A stretch of 64,000 bases of DNA from the NCBI GenBank assembly GCA_963702205.1, contig OY969724.1:864001-928000 (forward strand), read 5' to 3'. The position numbers were made by a program, and so were the translations under genes. Positions 1 to 8,631 of this stretch are shown here, piece after piece; position 1 is the first letter of the stretch, and every line of letters begins with the position of its first letter. The notes beneath the pieces are model-generated. The model was not told where the DNA came from. It searched no databases and worked only from the letters and a program-made list of their open reading frames with translations. This DNA is from an uncultured candidate division Zixibacteria bacterium (GTDB lineage: Bacteria; Zixibacteria; MSB-5A5; GN15; PGXB01).

Positions 1-1391
1 AAAGTCTCGGTTGGACCATCCAGGGTATACATTTGAAGGGTCAAAGACGGTTCGTCGGTCGGCAAAGCGTCAATCGGTTTAGCCGCCATGAATAGAGGGT
101 CGGCGGGTGAAGAATAACCAAGAGAAAATAATTCTGTCGGCTCGCTCTGACCAGCCTGTTGTTTTTTAATTATGACGCGCCCGCCGCCGCCGGCATCTCG
201 CCGTAACTCGACACCGTCTTCGCCCGATGAACCGATATTGGAAATCACCAATTTGTCTGGCTCGAGACGGGCGACGTGCGTATCCGACGCGACAACGTCG
301 ATTATTTCCGCTTTATTCATGGCGTAGGCGGCGCTGTCGTTATCGCTGCTTGAGAGCCGCAGACCACTTTGAGGTTGAAAATCAAGGTTATATACTATAT
401 CAAAAAATGAATCAACCATGAGCATGGATGATCCGGTACTATCGGCATTCATGCTCAGGTCGGCGTCCGGCTCGTCGGTTGCCGCGGATGGCCGGTGAAG
501 CGTAATCTCATGGGGGGCAAGAGAGGTCAGCGGCCCGGTTGTCGGATCACTAAGTGTCAGCCCACTCGGTTTGTAATCGATGCGATAGTCGATGTCGAAG
601 AACGAATCGAGTTCAAACGTCATGGCCGTGTCTTCGGCGTCACCGAAAAAGACAATATGACCACCGTCGTCATCACTTGACAGGCTGAGATGCGGATGCG
701 GCTGGATTTGCCCGAAATCCTGGCGAATAAAGTTTATGCTCGAACCGGTGTCGGAGGCCCCTCCGGTAATGCCCTTTTTTCCGTCCGTTGAAATGTTCGT
801 AATGGCGAGGAATGTATAACCGCTCGACGCGGATATTTCTGCTGATCCGCCGGAACCGCCGCCACCGTAGTTTAAACGCAGATCACTGCTGGAATCGGTC
901 GCGGACAAATCAATGCGGGATTCGCCACCCAGATGCTGCAGATTCAATGTCCCCGGGCTGGAGCTGACGTCGCCGGAAAGACGCCCCGCTACAGCCGAAT
1001 AAGGCGCCGCAGCCAATCGGACTCGAGGCTCGATAAGAGTGCCGTCGAATTCGATTTGCAGCCATCTTTCCGGACAGCCGGACATAAGTGTATCACATCC
1101 AGGAGGCTGGATAACGTCCAGGGGGATGGGATTAACGGCGCCGAGATTGGTACTGAACAAGCCGCTGGACGTCTGTAGATTACGCGTTTCAGTCCACAGC
1201 ATGGAGCCGCCAGTCGAGTCGTCCCAGATGCTGAATACAACAGCATAAGATCCATCACTCACAAGAGACCCGCTCGAGTTGTGGACCTGGGCTTGGTATG
1301 GGACTTTAATTTCTTCGTAATTGAACGCCTGTGAGTGTCCGCAAACCAGGAGGCACAAAGCCGTAACTATGAAAATGGTAGGGTCTTTCAT
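1..1391 (-). CDS. Secreted fibre-like protein, partial (runs off left edge); N-terminal 'PYQAQ...SLWTET...GLFSTNLG' domain paralogous to 15701..17566
   Basis: Not in ORF track. ATG at 1391 preceded by AAGGAG; reads MKDPTIFIVTALCLLVCGHSQAFNYEEIKVPYQAQVHNSSG... with no in-frame stop found to the window edge; signal peptide; DSFFDI motif twice. Confidence 0.8.
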   Translation of the reverse strand, partial: MKDPTIFIVTALCLLVCGHSQAFNYEEIKVPYQAQVHNSSGSLVSDGSYAVVFSIWDDSTGGSMLWTETRNLQTSSGLFSTNLGAVNPIPLDVIQPPGCDTLMSGCPERWLQIEFDGTLIEPRVRLAAAPYSAVAGRLSGDVSSSPGTLNLQHLGGESRIDLSATDSSSDLRLNYGGGGSGGSAEISASSGYTFLAITNISTDGKKGITGGASDTGSSINFIRQDFGQIQPHPHLSLSSDDDGGHIVFFGDAEDTAMTFELDSFFDIDYRIDYKPSGLTLSDPTTGPLTSLAPHEITLHRPSAATDEPDADLSMNADSTGSSMLMVDSFFDIVYNLDFQPQSGLRLSSSDNDSAAYAMNKAEIIDVVASDTHVARLEPDKLVISNIGSSGEDGVELRRDAGGGGRVIIKKQQAGQSEPTELFSLGYSSPADPLFMAAKPIDALPTDEPSLTLQMYTLDGPTET

Positions 1392-1712
1392 CTGCTCCTT
1401 CTTTCTTTAAAAAAATCACTGCCTGCGCTGGAAATGGCGTGTCCCGGAAAACACGGCTTGCACAGGAACCAAACAGGAACGGATGAGTTAAAGTATTGAC
1501 GGATGCAAATCGATGATTAAATTATGAAGCGCTCTTCCTTCGCGGGAAGAGTGCACAGCGGTTTGACGGGCGTGAGCTTACCGGTTCTGCCCGTCGAGCC
1601 ATAATTTTATCCGTTCATCGCCGTTTCAATAAGACAATTCCTGACACATTGATAATAAAAAAATCCCAACCTCCTTTCCCAGCGTCAAAGATACACCATA
1701 ATTTCCTCTATA

Positions 1713-2465
1713 TTAAGTTCGTTCGATTCCGCTAATGGCGTCGAGCGTGAATGGTCCGCGGTAATGTTCGACCTCGCTGTAATCGTCTTTCGAATTCTCG
1801 TATCCGATGATTATGAGCCTGGCCCCGGCCCGCCGCACGTCGTCGGTCAGATCGCGGATGAGTTCGTCCAAATTCGCCTCGTTTGGAACGCCGTCGAGGA
1901 TTATGTAATCCGGTTGGAAGGAATGAAGAATAGTCGAGCACTGATAACCGGACCGGGCGACCCTGACCTCGCAATTGAAATTAACGGCGTCGCTTTTCAT
2001 TCGTGAGGCAGTCTCCTCTTTGCCCGTGACGAGGATTATTTTGGCCGGTCGGGCCCGGACTGCTTTATAGTAGTCACAGCTTTCGCAGGAGTCGAGGCAG
2101 AATACGGCGTTGTGGCCGCCGCTCAGTCCGGATTTAATCAATTCATAGCAGCGCAAGGTTCGGGACCTGAAACAGATACATTTTTTGCAGTCACCGTGGA
2201 TTTTTCCTTTTTTCGCATGAAATTCCCAGCAATAAGCCTGGTTCTTACCAAGACGATCCAAAGGCACACCTGATCGACGCTTTTGCATAAATTCAATCAG
2301 ATGAGAACGAGGCACCCGGTAATGCCCACCGGCTGTTCTGTTTGCAGGGAGTTTGCCCGCCCTGATCCATTTGACGACGGAGTCACGCTTGACGGCGCAC
2401 AATTTGGCGATTTCACCGGAAGAAAAATACTCTCTGCGAGGGATTTGTATGTGAGTATCTTCCAA
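1713..2465 (-). CDS. Excisionase/MerR-like HTH regulator with Cys-rich CWE domain and receiver-like C-terminus
   Basis: FSSGEIAKLC...VVKWIRAGKLPANRTAGGHYR HTH; YCWEFH..C..C.C...CYE...C..SC..CDYY; FQPDYIILDG receiver-like segment. Confidence 0.75.
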   Translation of the reverse strand: MEDTHIQIPRREYFSSGEIAKLCAVKRDSVVKWIRAGKLPANRTAGGHYRVPRSHLIEFMQKRRSGVPLDRLGKNQAYCWEFHAKKGKIHGDCKKCICFRSRTLRCYELIKSGLSGGHNAVFCLDSCESCDYYKAVRARPAKIILVTGKEETASRMKSDAVNFNCEVRVARSGYQCSTILHSFQPDYIILDGVPNEANLDELIRDLTDDVRRAGARLIIIGYENSKDDYSEVEHYRGPFTLDAISGIERT

Positions 2466-2616
2466 AATAATATCCCGCCAATATTATTCGTTTTATTTAT
2501 TTTATTTGATTTTTAAATATAGGCGTGTTTGAATGATATGTCAAGGATTACTTTGTTTCGGGCCTAAAACCAGCATCGGGCCCGGCTTATTCCCCTGGAC
2601 GGTATGAAATTAATCC

Positions 2617-2645
2617 AAAAAAAGGCGGCCATCCCGACCGCCTTT
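2617..2645 (-). terminator. Rho-independent terminator of ORP-type operon
   Basis: AAAGGCGG/CCGCCTTT stem with A7 run on + (U-tract on -). Confidence 0.7.
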
Positions 2646-2656
2646 AATAAGATCGA

Positions 2657-3028
2657 CTATTTCCCGCATTCTTTATTGCCGTGGAAAGCCGGTTCATCAC
2701 ACGGATTGCCGCCGGTTATCAGGGAGCCGTTCAGGTAATCCATAACGACGTCGTCAGGTTTTGCGGCCCTGGCCCCGATAACAACCTGTATTCCGTTTTG
2801 TCGGAACATCTGCACGGCCCGTCCGCCCATACCTCCGGCTATAATCAGGTTGCATCCCATCTGGGCCAGCCAGGCGGGGAATACGCCCGGTTCGTGGGGA
2901 GGCGGCGTCAGCGTTTCCGATCCGGATATTTTCTTTTCTTCCGGATCGACGTCAACCACGGTAAAATTCTGGCAGTGCCCGAAATGAGGACACAGCAGGC
3001 CGTCGGCGGTCGGGATTGCGATTTTCAT
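2657..3028 (-). CDS. NifB/NifX (MTH1175-like) family protein
   Basis: MKIAIP...HFGHC...HEPG...IIAGGMG; start moved to 3028 (AAGGAG upstream). Confidence 0.85.
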   Translation of the reverse strand: MKIAIPTADGLLCPHFGHCQNFTVVDVDPEEKKISGSETLTPPPHEPGVFPAWLAQMGCNLIIAGGMGGRAVQMFRQNGIQVVIGARAAKPDDVVMDYLNGSLITGGNPCDEPAFHGNKECGK

Positions 3029-3029
3029 G

Positions 3030-4004
3030 TCAATGCTCCTTGTTGATATTATTGAATTGTAAAAGCTCTTTTCTCTCTGAAAAGCGATCGTTTGCATTTG
3101 AATTCATGTCTTTATTGATATTTTCCCAAAGCTCGGCTATGAGATTCGCACCACCGCTTTTGTACTCCGCATAGGGGACACCCTCGATCTGGGCCTTTAT
3201 GAAATCGGTATCATAAGGGATGTGAGAAAGTATTTTTATTTTTTTCGGAGTGACGAATTTTTCTATTTCGTCGCATAACTCCGGATTTATATCGTACTTA
3301 TTGATGCACACGCCGGTTTTTATTCCGAAGTGCTCGGTCAACTCGATCAGTCGTTGCATGTCGTGCAGGGCCGATACGGTCGGTTCACTTACCATAAGAG
3401 CGTAATCGATACCGGTCAGCGAGGCAATGACGGGGCATCCGATTCCGGGCGATCCGTCGACTATAATCAAGTCCAGCCTGTTTTTTACAGCCATATCCCG
3501 GGCGGCCTTTCTCAGCACCGAGACCAGCTTGCCCGAATTGGCCTCGGCCATGCCCAACTTTGCATGCACCATGGGACCGTATTTGGTGTGACTGACAAAC
3601 CAGTTGCCGCTGACGTGGTCTTTCATTTTGATGGCACCCTCGGGGCAAAATTCGACACAGACGCCACAGCCCTCACAGGCGATTTCTTCGATGTACTTGT
3701 CGGTATTGGTGCCGTTTATTTTTACGGGTTTTTCTTTTACGGCATCAAAACGACAATAGTCAGTGCAGATATCACAGTCGATACAGGCTGCTTCGATAAT
3801 TTCCGCCTTTTGCCCGCCGATAAATTCTTTCGATATAACGGTTTCGGCTTGGAGAATAAGATGCAGATCGGCGGCGTCGACGTCACAATCGACCATAATC
3901 TTGTTTTTGGCTATATAGGCGAGCGACCCGGATACACTGGTCTTGCCGGTACCGCCCTTGCCGCTTATGACCGCAATTTCTTTGATTTTATTAGCCATGC
4001 TCAC
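3030..4004 (-). CDS. MinD-superfamily P-loop ATPase with inserted 2x[4Fe-4S] ferredoxin domain
   Basis: SGKGGTGKT, DCDVDAAD, CIDCDICTDYC, CEGCGVCVEFCP, DGSPGIGCP. Confidence 0.9.
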   Translation of the reverse strand: MSMANKIKEIAVISGKGGTGKTSVSGSLAYIAKNKIMVDCDVDAADLHLILQAETVISKEFIGGQKAEIIEAACIDCDICTDYCRFDAVKEKPVKINGTNTDKYIEEIACEGCGVCVEFCPEGAIKMKDHVSGNWFVSHTKYGPMVHAKLGMAEANSGKLVSVLRKAARDMAVKNRLDLIIVDGSPGIGCPVIASLTGIDYALMVSEPTVSALHDMQRLIELTEHFGIKTGVCINKYDINPELCDEIEKFVTPKKIKILSHIPYDTDFIKAQIEGVPYAEYKSGGANLIAELWENINKDMNSNANDRFSERKELLQFNNINKEH

Positions 4005-4858
4005 GCTCCCGCTGCTTTCCGACGTGATCTGAGATTCGCCATCAATTTTTCGAATAGTACATTATATTCCGGCAGGGTATCGACAAGCAGTCGACCGTCC
4101 GAACATACTTCGGCAATGCGACGATCGTTCGGGATTTCGAGAAGAATGTCTATGCCCTGCCTGTCACAGAATTTGTAGACCCGATCATCGCCTATGCCCT
4201 GCCGATTGATAACGACGCCGAAGGGAAGATTCAACGCCCGGACCATGGATATGGCGAGGGACAGGTCGTTCAAACCGAACGGAGTCGGTTCCGTGACGAG
4301 GATCACGTAATCGGTGCCGGATACCGCTTCGATGACCGGACACGACGTTCCCGGCGGGGAGTCTATTATGGTATAGTCCGCCGGTACAATCAACTCTTTA
4401 AGCTGCTTTATAATCGGCGGCACCAGCGCCTCGCCGATGTTCAGCCTGCCTTCATAGACAACGACATTTCTCGATCTTCCCGTTCTTATAGTGCCGATAG
4501 CACGGTCAATTTCGTCTATGGCCTTTTGAGGGCATATGTGGAAGCATCCCCCGCAACCGTGGCATAGTGATGGGAATAACAGCACCTTGTCGGGCAGGAC
4601 GGCCAGGGCGTTGAAGTGACAGATTTCGGCGCACTTGCCGCAAAAATCACATTTGTCGTAGTCGAAGCGGGGGATTTTGACCGCGACGAGGCGGGTTTTA
4701 TCCCATTCCGGTTTCAAGAACAGGTGCCCGTTGGGTTCTTCTACGTCACAATCGGCATATACGGTTCTGTTCCCGAGGTTCGTCAGGAAAAGGGCCAGAT
4801 TGGTTGCGAGCGTTGTTTTCCCGGTTCCGCCTTTTCCGCTGGCTATTGCGATTTTCAA
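4001..4858 (-). CDS. MinD-superfamily P-loop ATPase with inserted 2x[4Fe-4S] ferredoxin domain
   Basis: SGKGGTGKTT, DCDVEEPN, CDFCGKCAEIC, CHGCGGCFHICP, DSPPGTSCP. Confidence 0.9.
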   Translation of the reverse strand: MKIAIASGKGGTGKTTLATNLALFLTNLGNRTVYADCDVEEPNGHLFLKPEWDKTRLVAVKIPRFDYDKCDFCGKCAEICHFNALAVLPDKVLLFPSLCHGCGGCFHICPQKAIDEIDRAIGTIRTGRSRNVVVYEGRLNIGEALVPPIIKQLKELIVPADYTIIDSPPGTSCPVIEAVSGTDYVILVTEPTPFGLNDLSLAISMVRALNLPFGVVINRQGIGDDRVYKFCDRQGIDILLEIPNDRRIAEVCSDGRLLVDTLPEYNVLFEKLMANLRSRRKAAGA

Positions 4859-4873
4859 GCTGTGGCTGTCTCC

Positions 4874-5164
4874 TTACCGTTTTCTTGTCATATTTGCGCC
4901 GCATTTGGGGCATTTGACGTCATAGCAGGGAACACCCTGCTGGTGTGGAGCCTGTTCACCGCAAGCAGGACAGATGCACGAACCGCCGGGACCTATTCCC
5001 TGGCCGCCCCCTCGACCTCGGCCGCCGCCTTGTCCCTGACCGCCTCCTTGTCCGCGGCCTCCGCCTTGACCTTGTCCGCTTCCCTGGCCTCGACCACCCC
5101 CACCGCCTCGGCCGGGCGGGTTCATATCTTTATATCTTTGAAATCCGTCTTTTTTGAAATCCAT
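4874..5164 (-). CDS. Small Gly-rich protein with C-terminal Cys cluster (GPGGSCICPACG..PH..G.PC....CPKCG)
   Basis: Likely ATG at 5164 right after upstream stop; GQGGGRG low-complexity run; metal-binding Cys motif. Confidence 0.7.
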   Translation of the reverse strand: MDFKKDGFQRYKDMNPPGRGGGGGRGQGSGQGQGGGRGQGGGQGQGGGRGRGGGQGIGPGGSCICPACGEQAPHQQGVPCYDVKCPKCGANMTRKR

Positions 5165-5166
5165 TG

Positions 5167-5538
5167 TTATACGTTGTCCTGTCTTTCTTTGGTTAAAACC
5201 TCGAGCCGCGCATTGACCTCGTCCAGTCTGCGGCTGAGTTCTTTGGCCTCGTCGCGCAAAAGGCCTATCTCGTTTTGCACGTCCATTTGAGGCGGTATGT
5301 TCACCTGCGGGATGCCCCGGTTTTGTCCATAAACGCGGGCCCAACCCGGTTGACCGGTGGCATTAAAGCCCCATCGGTTGCCTCTTCCCTTGCCTCGTCC
5401 GAGGCCGAAATTCCCTCGGGAACGCGGATTGACACCGCCGTTCATATAGCCGGGAACGTTATAGCCCGCACAAAGGCCCATGCCCCGTCCGGTCATAGGT
5501 CCTTCTCCCAAAGGGCCGGTTCTATCTCCTCTCGGCAT
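5167..5538 (-). CDS. DUF5320-like protein
   Basis: MPRGDRTGPLGEGPMTGRGMGLCAG N-terminus and C-terminal coiled coil. Confidence 0.8.
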   Translation of the reverse strand: MPRGDRTGPLGEGPMTGRGMGLCAGYNVPGYMNGGVNPRSRGNFGLGRGKGRGNRWGFNATGQPGWARVYGQNRGIPQVNIPPQMDVQNEIGLLRDEAKELSRRLDEVNARLEVLTKERQDNV

Positions 5539-5556
5539 CTTATTGCTCCTCTCGAA

Positions 5557-5847
5557 TCATTGATTAATCGTATTTCTTGCGGAGTCATCGGATATCTCAA
5601 CCTTGTCGGTGATATCGATGACTTCGACTTTTTCGTAATTTCTTTCCAGAAGCTTATTCATTGCCTTACCCAGCAGTTGGCGGGAAAGGCTGTTTGGTTT
5701 GTGCAGGTCATTGAGAATGATCCCAACGACCGGGGCAACCAAAGAAGAATATTTGACGGCCCGTCCGGTCGGTGAGTTCATCATTCCCCTGAGCCGTCGG
5801 CGAATTCTGCCGTAATTTTCGCTATTTCCATCGTTTCGTTGCATCAC
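5557..5847 (-). CDS. Hypothetical protein
   Basis: Fills gap between co-oriented operon genes. Confidence 0.5.
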   Translation of the reverse strand: MMQRNDGNSENYGRIRRRLRGMMNSPTGRAVKYSSLVAPVVGIILNDLHKPNSLSRQLLGKAMNKLLERNYEKVEVIDITDKVEISDDSARNTINQ

Positions 5848-5878
5848 CGTAGGCTATCCCTTTCTGCCGGGCACAGGC

Positions 5879-6241
5879 CTAAGTCCAATGTCCTTCGACG
5901 TTGGCGTCTTTAGCGTACTCAAGTCCTCCGCTTTTGGCTGCTTCTACGGCTTGGGTGATATTGCCAGATAACCGGAACGCCATTTTTATTCCCGCCGCAT
6001 TAAGAGTCGCGAAGGCCTTGGGTCCGAAATTCCCCGAAATTACGAGTTGGACGTTTTGTCTGACCACGTTCTGCGCGGCCTGTATCCCCGCACCCTGAGA
6101 CGCCTGCAGGTTTTGTGTGTTTTCCACGACGACGTATTGATCGGCATCGGTATCGTAAATTATGAAATACGCCGCCCGGCCGAATCTTTGATCGACGTTA
6201 CTATCCAGGTCTTTTCCGTCCGATGAAATCGCTATTTTCAT
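5879..6241 (-). CDS. NifB/NifX family protein (orange protein Orp-like)
   Basis: MKIAISSDGKDLDSNVDQRFGRAAYF...GAGIQAAQ...ISGNFGPKAF. Confidence 0.85.
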   Translation of the reverse strand: MKIAISSDGKDLDSNVDQRFGRAAYFIIYDTDADQYVVVENTQNLQASQGAGIQAAQNVVRQNVQLVISGNFGPKAFATLNAAGIKMAFRLSGNITQAVEAAKSGGLEYAKDANVEGHWT

Positions 6242-6269
6242 ATCGGTCTCCTTACTTTTCTCCGGCCTT

Positions 6270-6662
6270 TTAAAATCTTCCCCGCTGCCGGCGTCTTTTG
6301 CACCTCGGTCCCGAAAAATTGTCTCGACAACCGGGCTGAAAAAAGTCGCCGTTTTGAAGGACGCCTCTGTTGTAGGCAGCCAGAATGTCCGGCACCGACC
6401 CGCAGATAAAAGGCACTATTTCTATGTTCGCCGCAGCCATGTAATGATGCAGCTGCATGGAAATAGCGCCGCATATCAGCAGATCTACTTTTTTATTTTT
6501 TAGCAATTCGGCCTTAAGAATGTCGTGCAAGTGAGAGATGTCCAGAATCGTCCGGTCTGTCTCCCGCTTGTTTTCGTAGTCTATCACAAGCAGGCGACTG
6601 GCCATGTCCATCACCGGCGAAACCCGTTCATTCCATACCGATATTGCAATTCTTTTTGTCAT
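6270..6662 (-). CDS. NifB/NifX family protein
   Basis: IAISVWNERVSPVMD...LLICGAIS...FFQPGC. Confidence 0.8.
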   Translation of the reverse strand: MTKRIAISVWNERVSPVMDMASRLLVIDYENKRETDRTILDISHLHDILKAELLKNKKVDLLICGAISMQLHHYMAAANIEIVPFICGSVPDILAAYNRGVLQNGDFFQPGCRDNFSGPRCKRRRQRGRF

Positions 6663-6674
6663 ACCCGAATAGAA

Positions 6675-6690
6675 TACAAAAGGCGTGCCG
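6675..6690 (-). promoter_or_regulatory. Putative sigma54 promoter of ORP-type operon
   Basis: CGGCACGCCTTTTGTA on - strand (GG-N10-GT; one mismatch at -12), downstream of a sigma54 activator gene. Confidence 0.6.
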
Positions 6691-6820
6691 TACGTTGAGT
6701 GCGGAAGAAAATATGGCGTAAGATATTATTAGATTATAAGATAACGTTGATTCGTTTTTTGATGTTAAATTCGAGATATCAGGAAATATTTCATATTCGC
6801 AATTGATTTAGATATCATAA

Positions 6821-6834
6821 TTGCATTATTGCAA
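6821..6834. promoter_or_regulatory. Putative activator site TTGCA-N4-TGCAA
   Basis: Palindrome about 130 bp upstream of the sigma54 site; repeated at 8213..8226. Confidence 0.5.
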
Positions 6835-6836
6835 TA

Positions 6837-8172
6837 TCAAGTTTGGGGTTTTATTCCGAGTTTTTTCATTTTCCGCCACAAGGTCGTCTTGTGCATATTC
6901 AGGGCCTCGGCCGCCTTGGCCCGATTCCAGTTACATTGGTGAAGCGTGTTTTTGATAAATTCGGCCTCGAGATCGTCGATTGAATTTATCGCGGTGCGCT
7001 TTTCGTCCTTTTCCGGTCGAAGGTACTCGGGCAGATCATCGACCGTTATCTCACCCGACCGGTTGAGGACAAAGGCGTGCTCGATGATATTCTCGAGTTC
7101 CCGAACGTTACCGGGGAAATCGTGGTTCATGAGTAATGCCAGCGCCTGTGCCGAAATGCCGGTAACCGCTTTGTGTTTCAATTTATTGAATTGCGAAATG
7201 AAATGGTTGGCCAGCAGCGGAATATCCTCGCTGCGTTCGCGCAGCGGCGGGAGTTGTATTTTGATGACGTTAATTCGATAGTACAGGTCTTCTCTGAACC
7301 TGCTTTCTTTGATCATCTTTTCCAGGCTTTTATTGGTAGCGGCGATGATACGTACATTGGACCTGGTCGATTCGGTTGCGCCCAGCGGTTCATACGTCTT
7401 TTCCTGCAGGACCCGCAGGAGTCTGACCTGAAGGGCCGGAGAGATGTCCCCGATTTCATCGAGGAACAGCGTTCCGCCTTCGGCCAAAGCGAAGCGCCCC
7501 GGTTTATCTTTGCGGGCGTCGGTAAACGCGCCGGCTTTATACCCGAAAAGTTCCGATTCCAACAGTGTGTCGGGCAGGGCCCCGCAATTTATGGTGATCA
7601 GTTTTTTCGCCTTCCTGCGCGACAGGTTGTGAATCGCGCGGGCGAACAGTTCCTTGCCGACCCCGCTTTCTCCCTCGATTAAAACGACACTGTCGCTTTC
7701 GGCAATAGTCGGGAGTATGTCGAAAATCTCGTGGAGTTTTTTGTTTTTGGTGATAATGTCCTGAAAGGAGTATTTTTTCTGGAGTTGCCTTTTTAAAGCT
7801 TCGACAGGTACTCAGGTCACGAAAGGTTTCCACGCCCCCGATGATCCTGCCGCCGCCGTCTTTCAGCAGAGCCGTCGATATGGAAATGGGTACGGTCTCA
7901 CCCGAGGCGTTAATTATATATACTTGGCGGTTTATGATTTGACGGCCGCTTTCGAAGGTCTTTCTCAGGGCGCACTCGTTTTCGCAGATGGAGGCCTTGA
8001 AAATATCGCAGCATTGACGGCCGATGGCTTCAACCTTGGGAACGCCCGTAATCGACTCGGCCGCTTTGTTGAACGATGTAATCTGCCAGTCTTGGTTGAC
8101 GGTAAAGACGCCATCGGCGATGGAATCGAGAATTATATCGGTCGAGTCTTCTTGTTTGGCTTCACGCTTCAT
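6837..8172 (-). pseudogene. PAS-AAA+-HTH sigma54 activator (OrpR-like), frameshifted near 7806
   Basis: PAS in frame of 7537..8172; [30 protein letters not shown] and HTH in frame of 6837..7562; removing one base in AGT ACC T GTC GAA joins them. Confidence 0.85.
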
Positions 8173-8212
8173 AATCCAGCCTTTTTATCAATACATAATA
8201 TATACGCAGTTG

Positions 8213-8226
8213 TTGCAAAAATGCAA
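8213..8226. promoter_or_regulatory. Putative autoregulatory site TTGCA-N4-TGCAA
   Basis: Same palindrome as 6821..6834, about 40 bp upstream of the activator start. Confidence 0.45.
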
Positions 8227-8631
8227 GCTTATATCAAATATGCAATATATTGTTGAAGGCAGTATTGTCCGGTTTTTGGCCAACGGCAGCCGCCCTGGAC
8301 TTTCCAGATCGTTTTCTTTATCGGCTCATTGAATTTCTTGAAGGCGTTTTCGAGGTTTATCAAATCGACGGCCGCTCCGGTGCGAAAATGATATAAATTG
8401 ACTTCATCCTTGAGAGCGTTCGGCATGGGCGGTGTGATATTGAAAAAGAGATATCTGGACTGATCGGTCGTTTTGTGCAGGATATAGTTGTCGGCCTGCC
8501 CCAAAAATCTCGCCGGCAGACAAGCCTTTTGGCGGTCGCCGATGTGTAGCTCCGGGCGCTCTTATATAGAGCCGGTTTCGTCGTTCTTATTGTGATGGAG
8601 ATTAACCAAAAATCGTTTCGCTCGAAAAATG

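Noticed and set aside
1713..2465. Prophage excisionase
   Set aside because: HTH is fused to sensor domains; no integrase or phage genes nearby
5000..5120. Repeat array or CRISPR
   Set aside because: Simply encodes a Gly/Gln/Arg low-complexity tract; no repeat-spacer structure
2657..6662. Nitrogen fixation genes
   Set aside because: NifB/NifX-like domains occur without nifHDK; context matches ORP-type clusters
8229..8504. 91-aa ORF
   Set aside because: TTG start, no RBS or recognisable motif; at most a gene remnant
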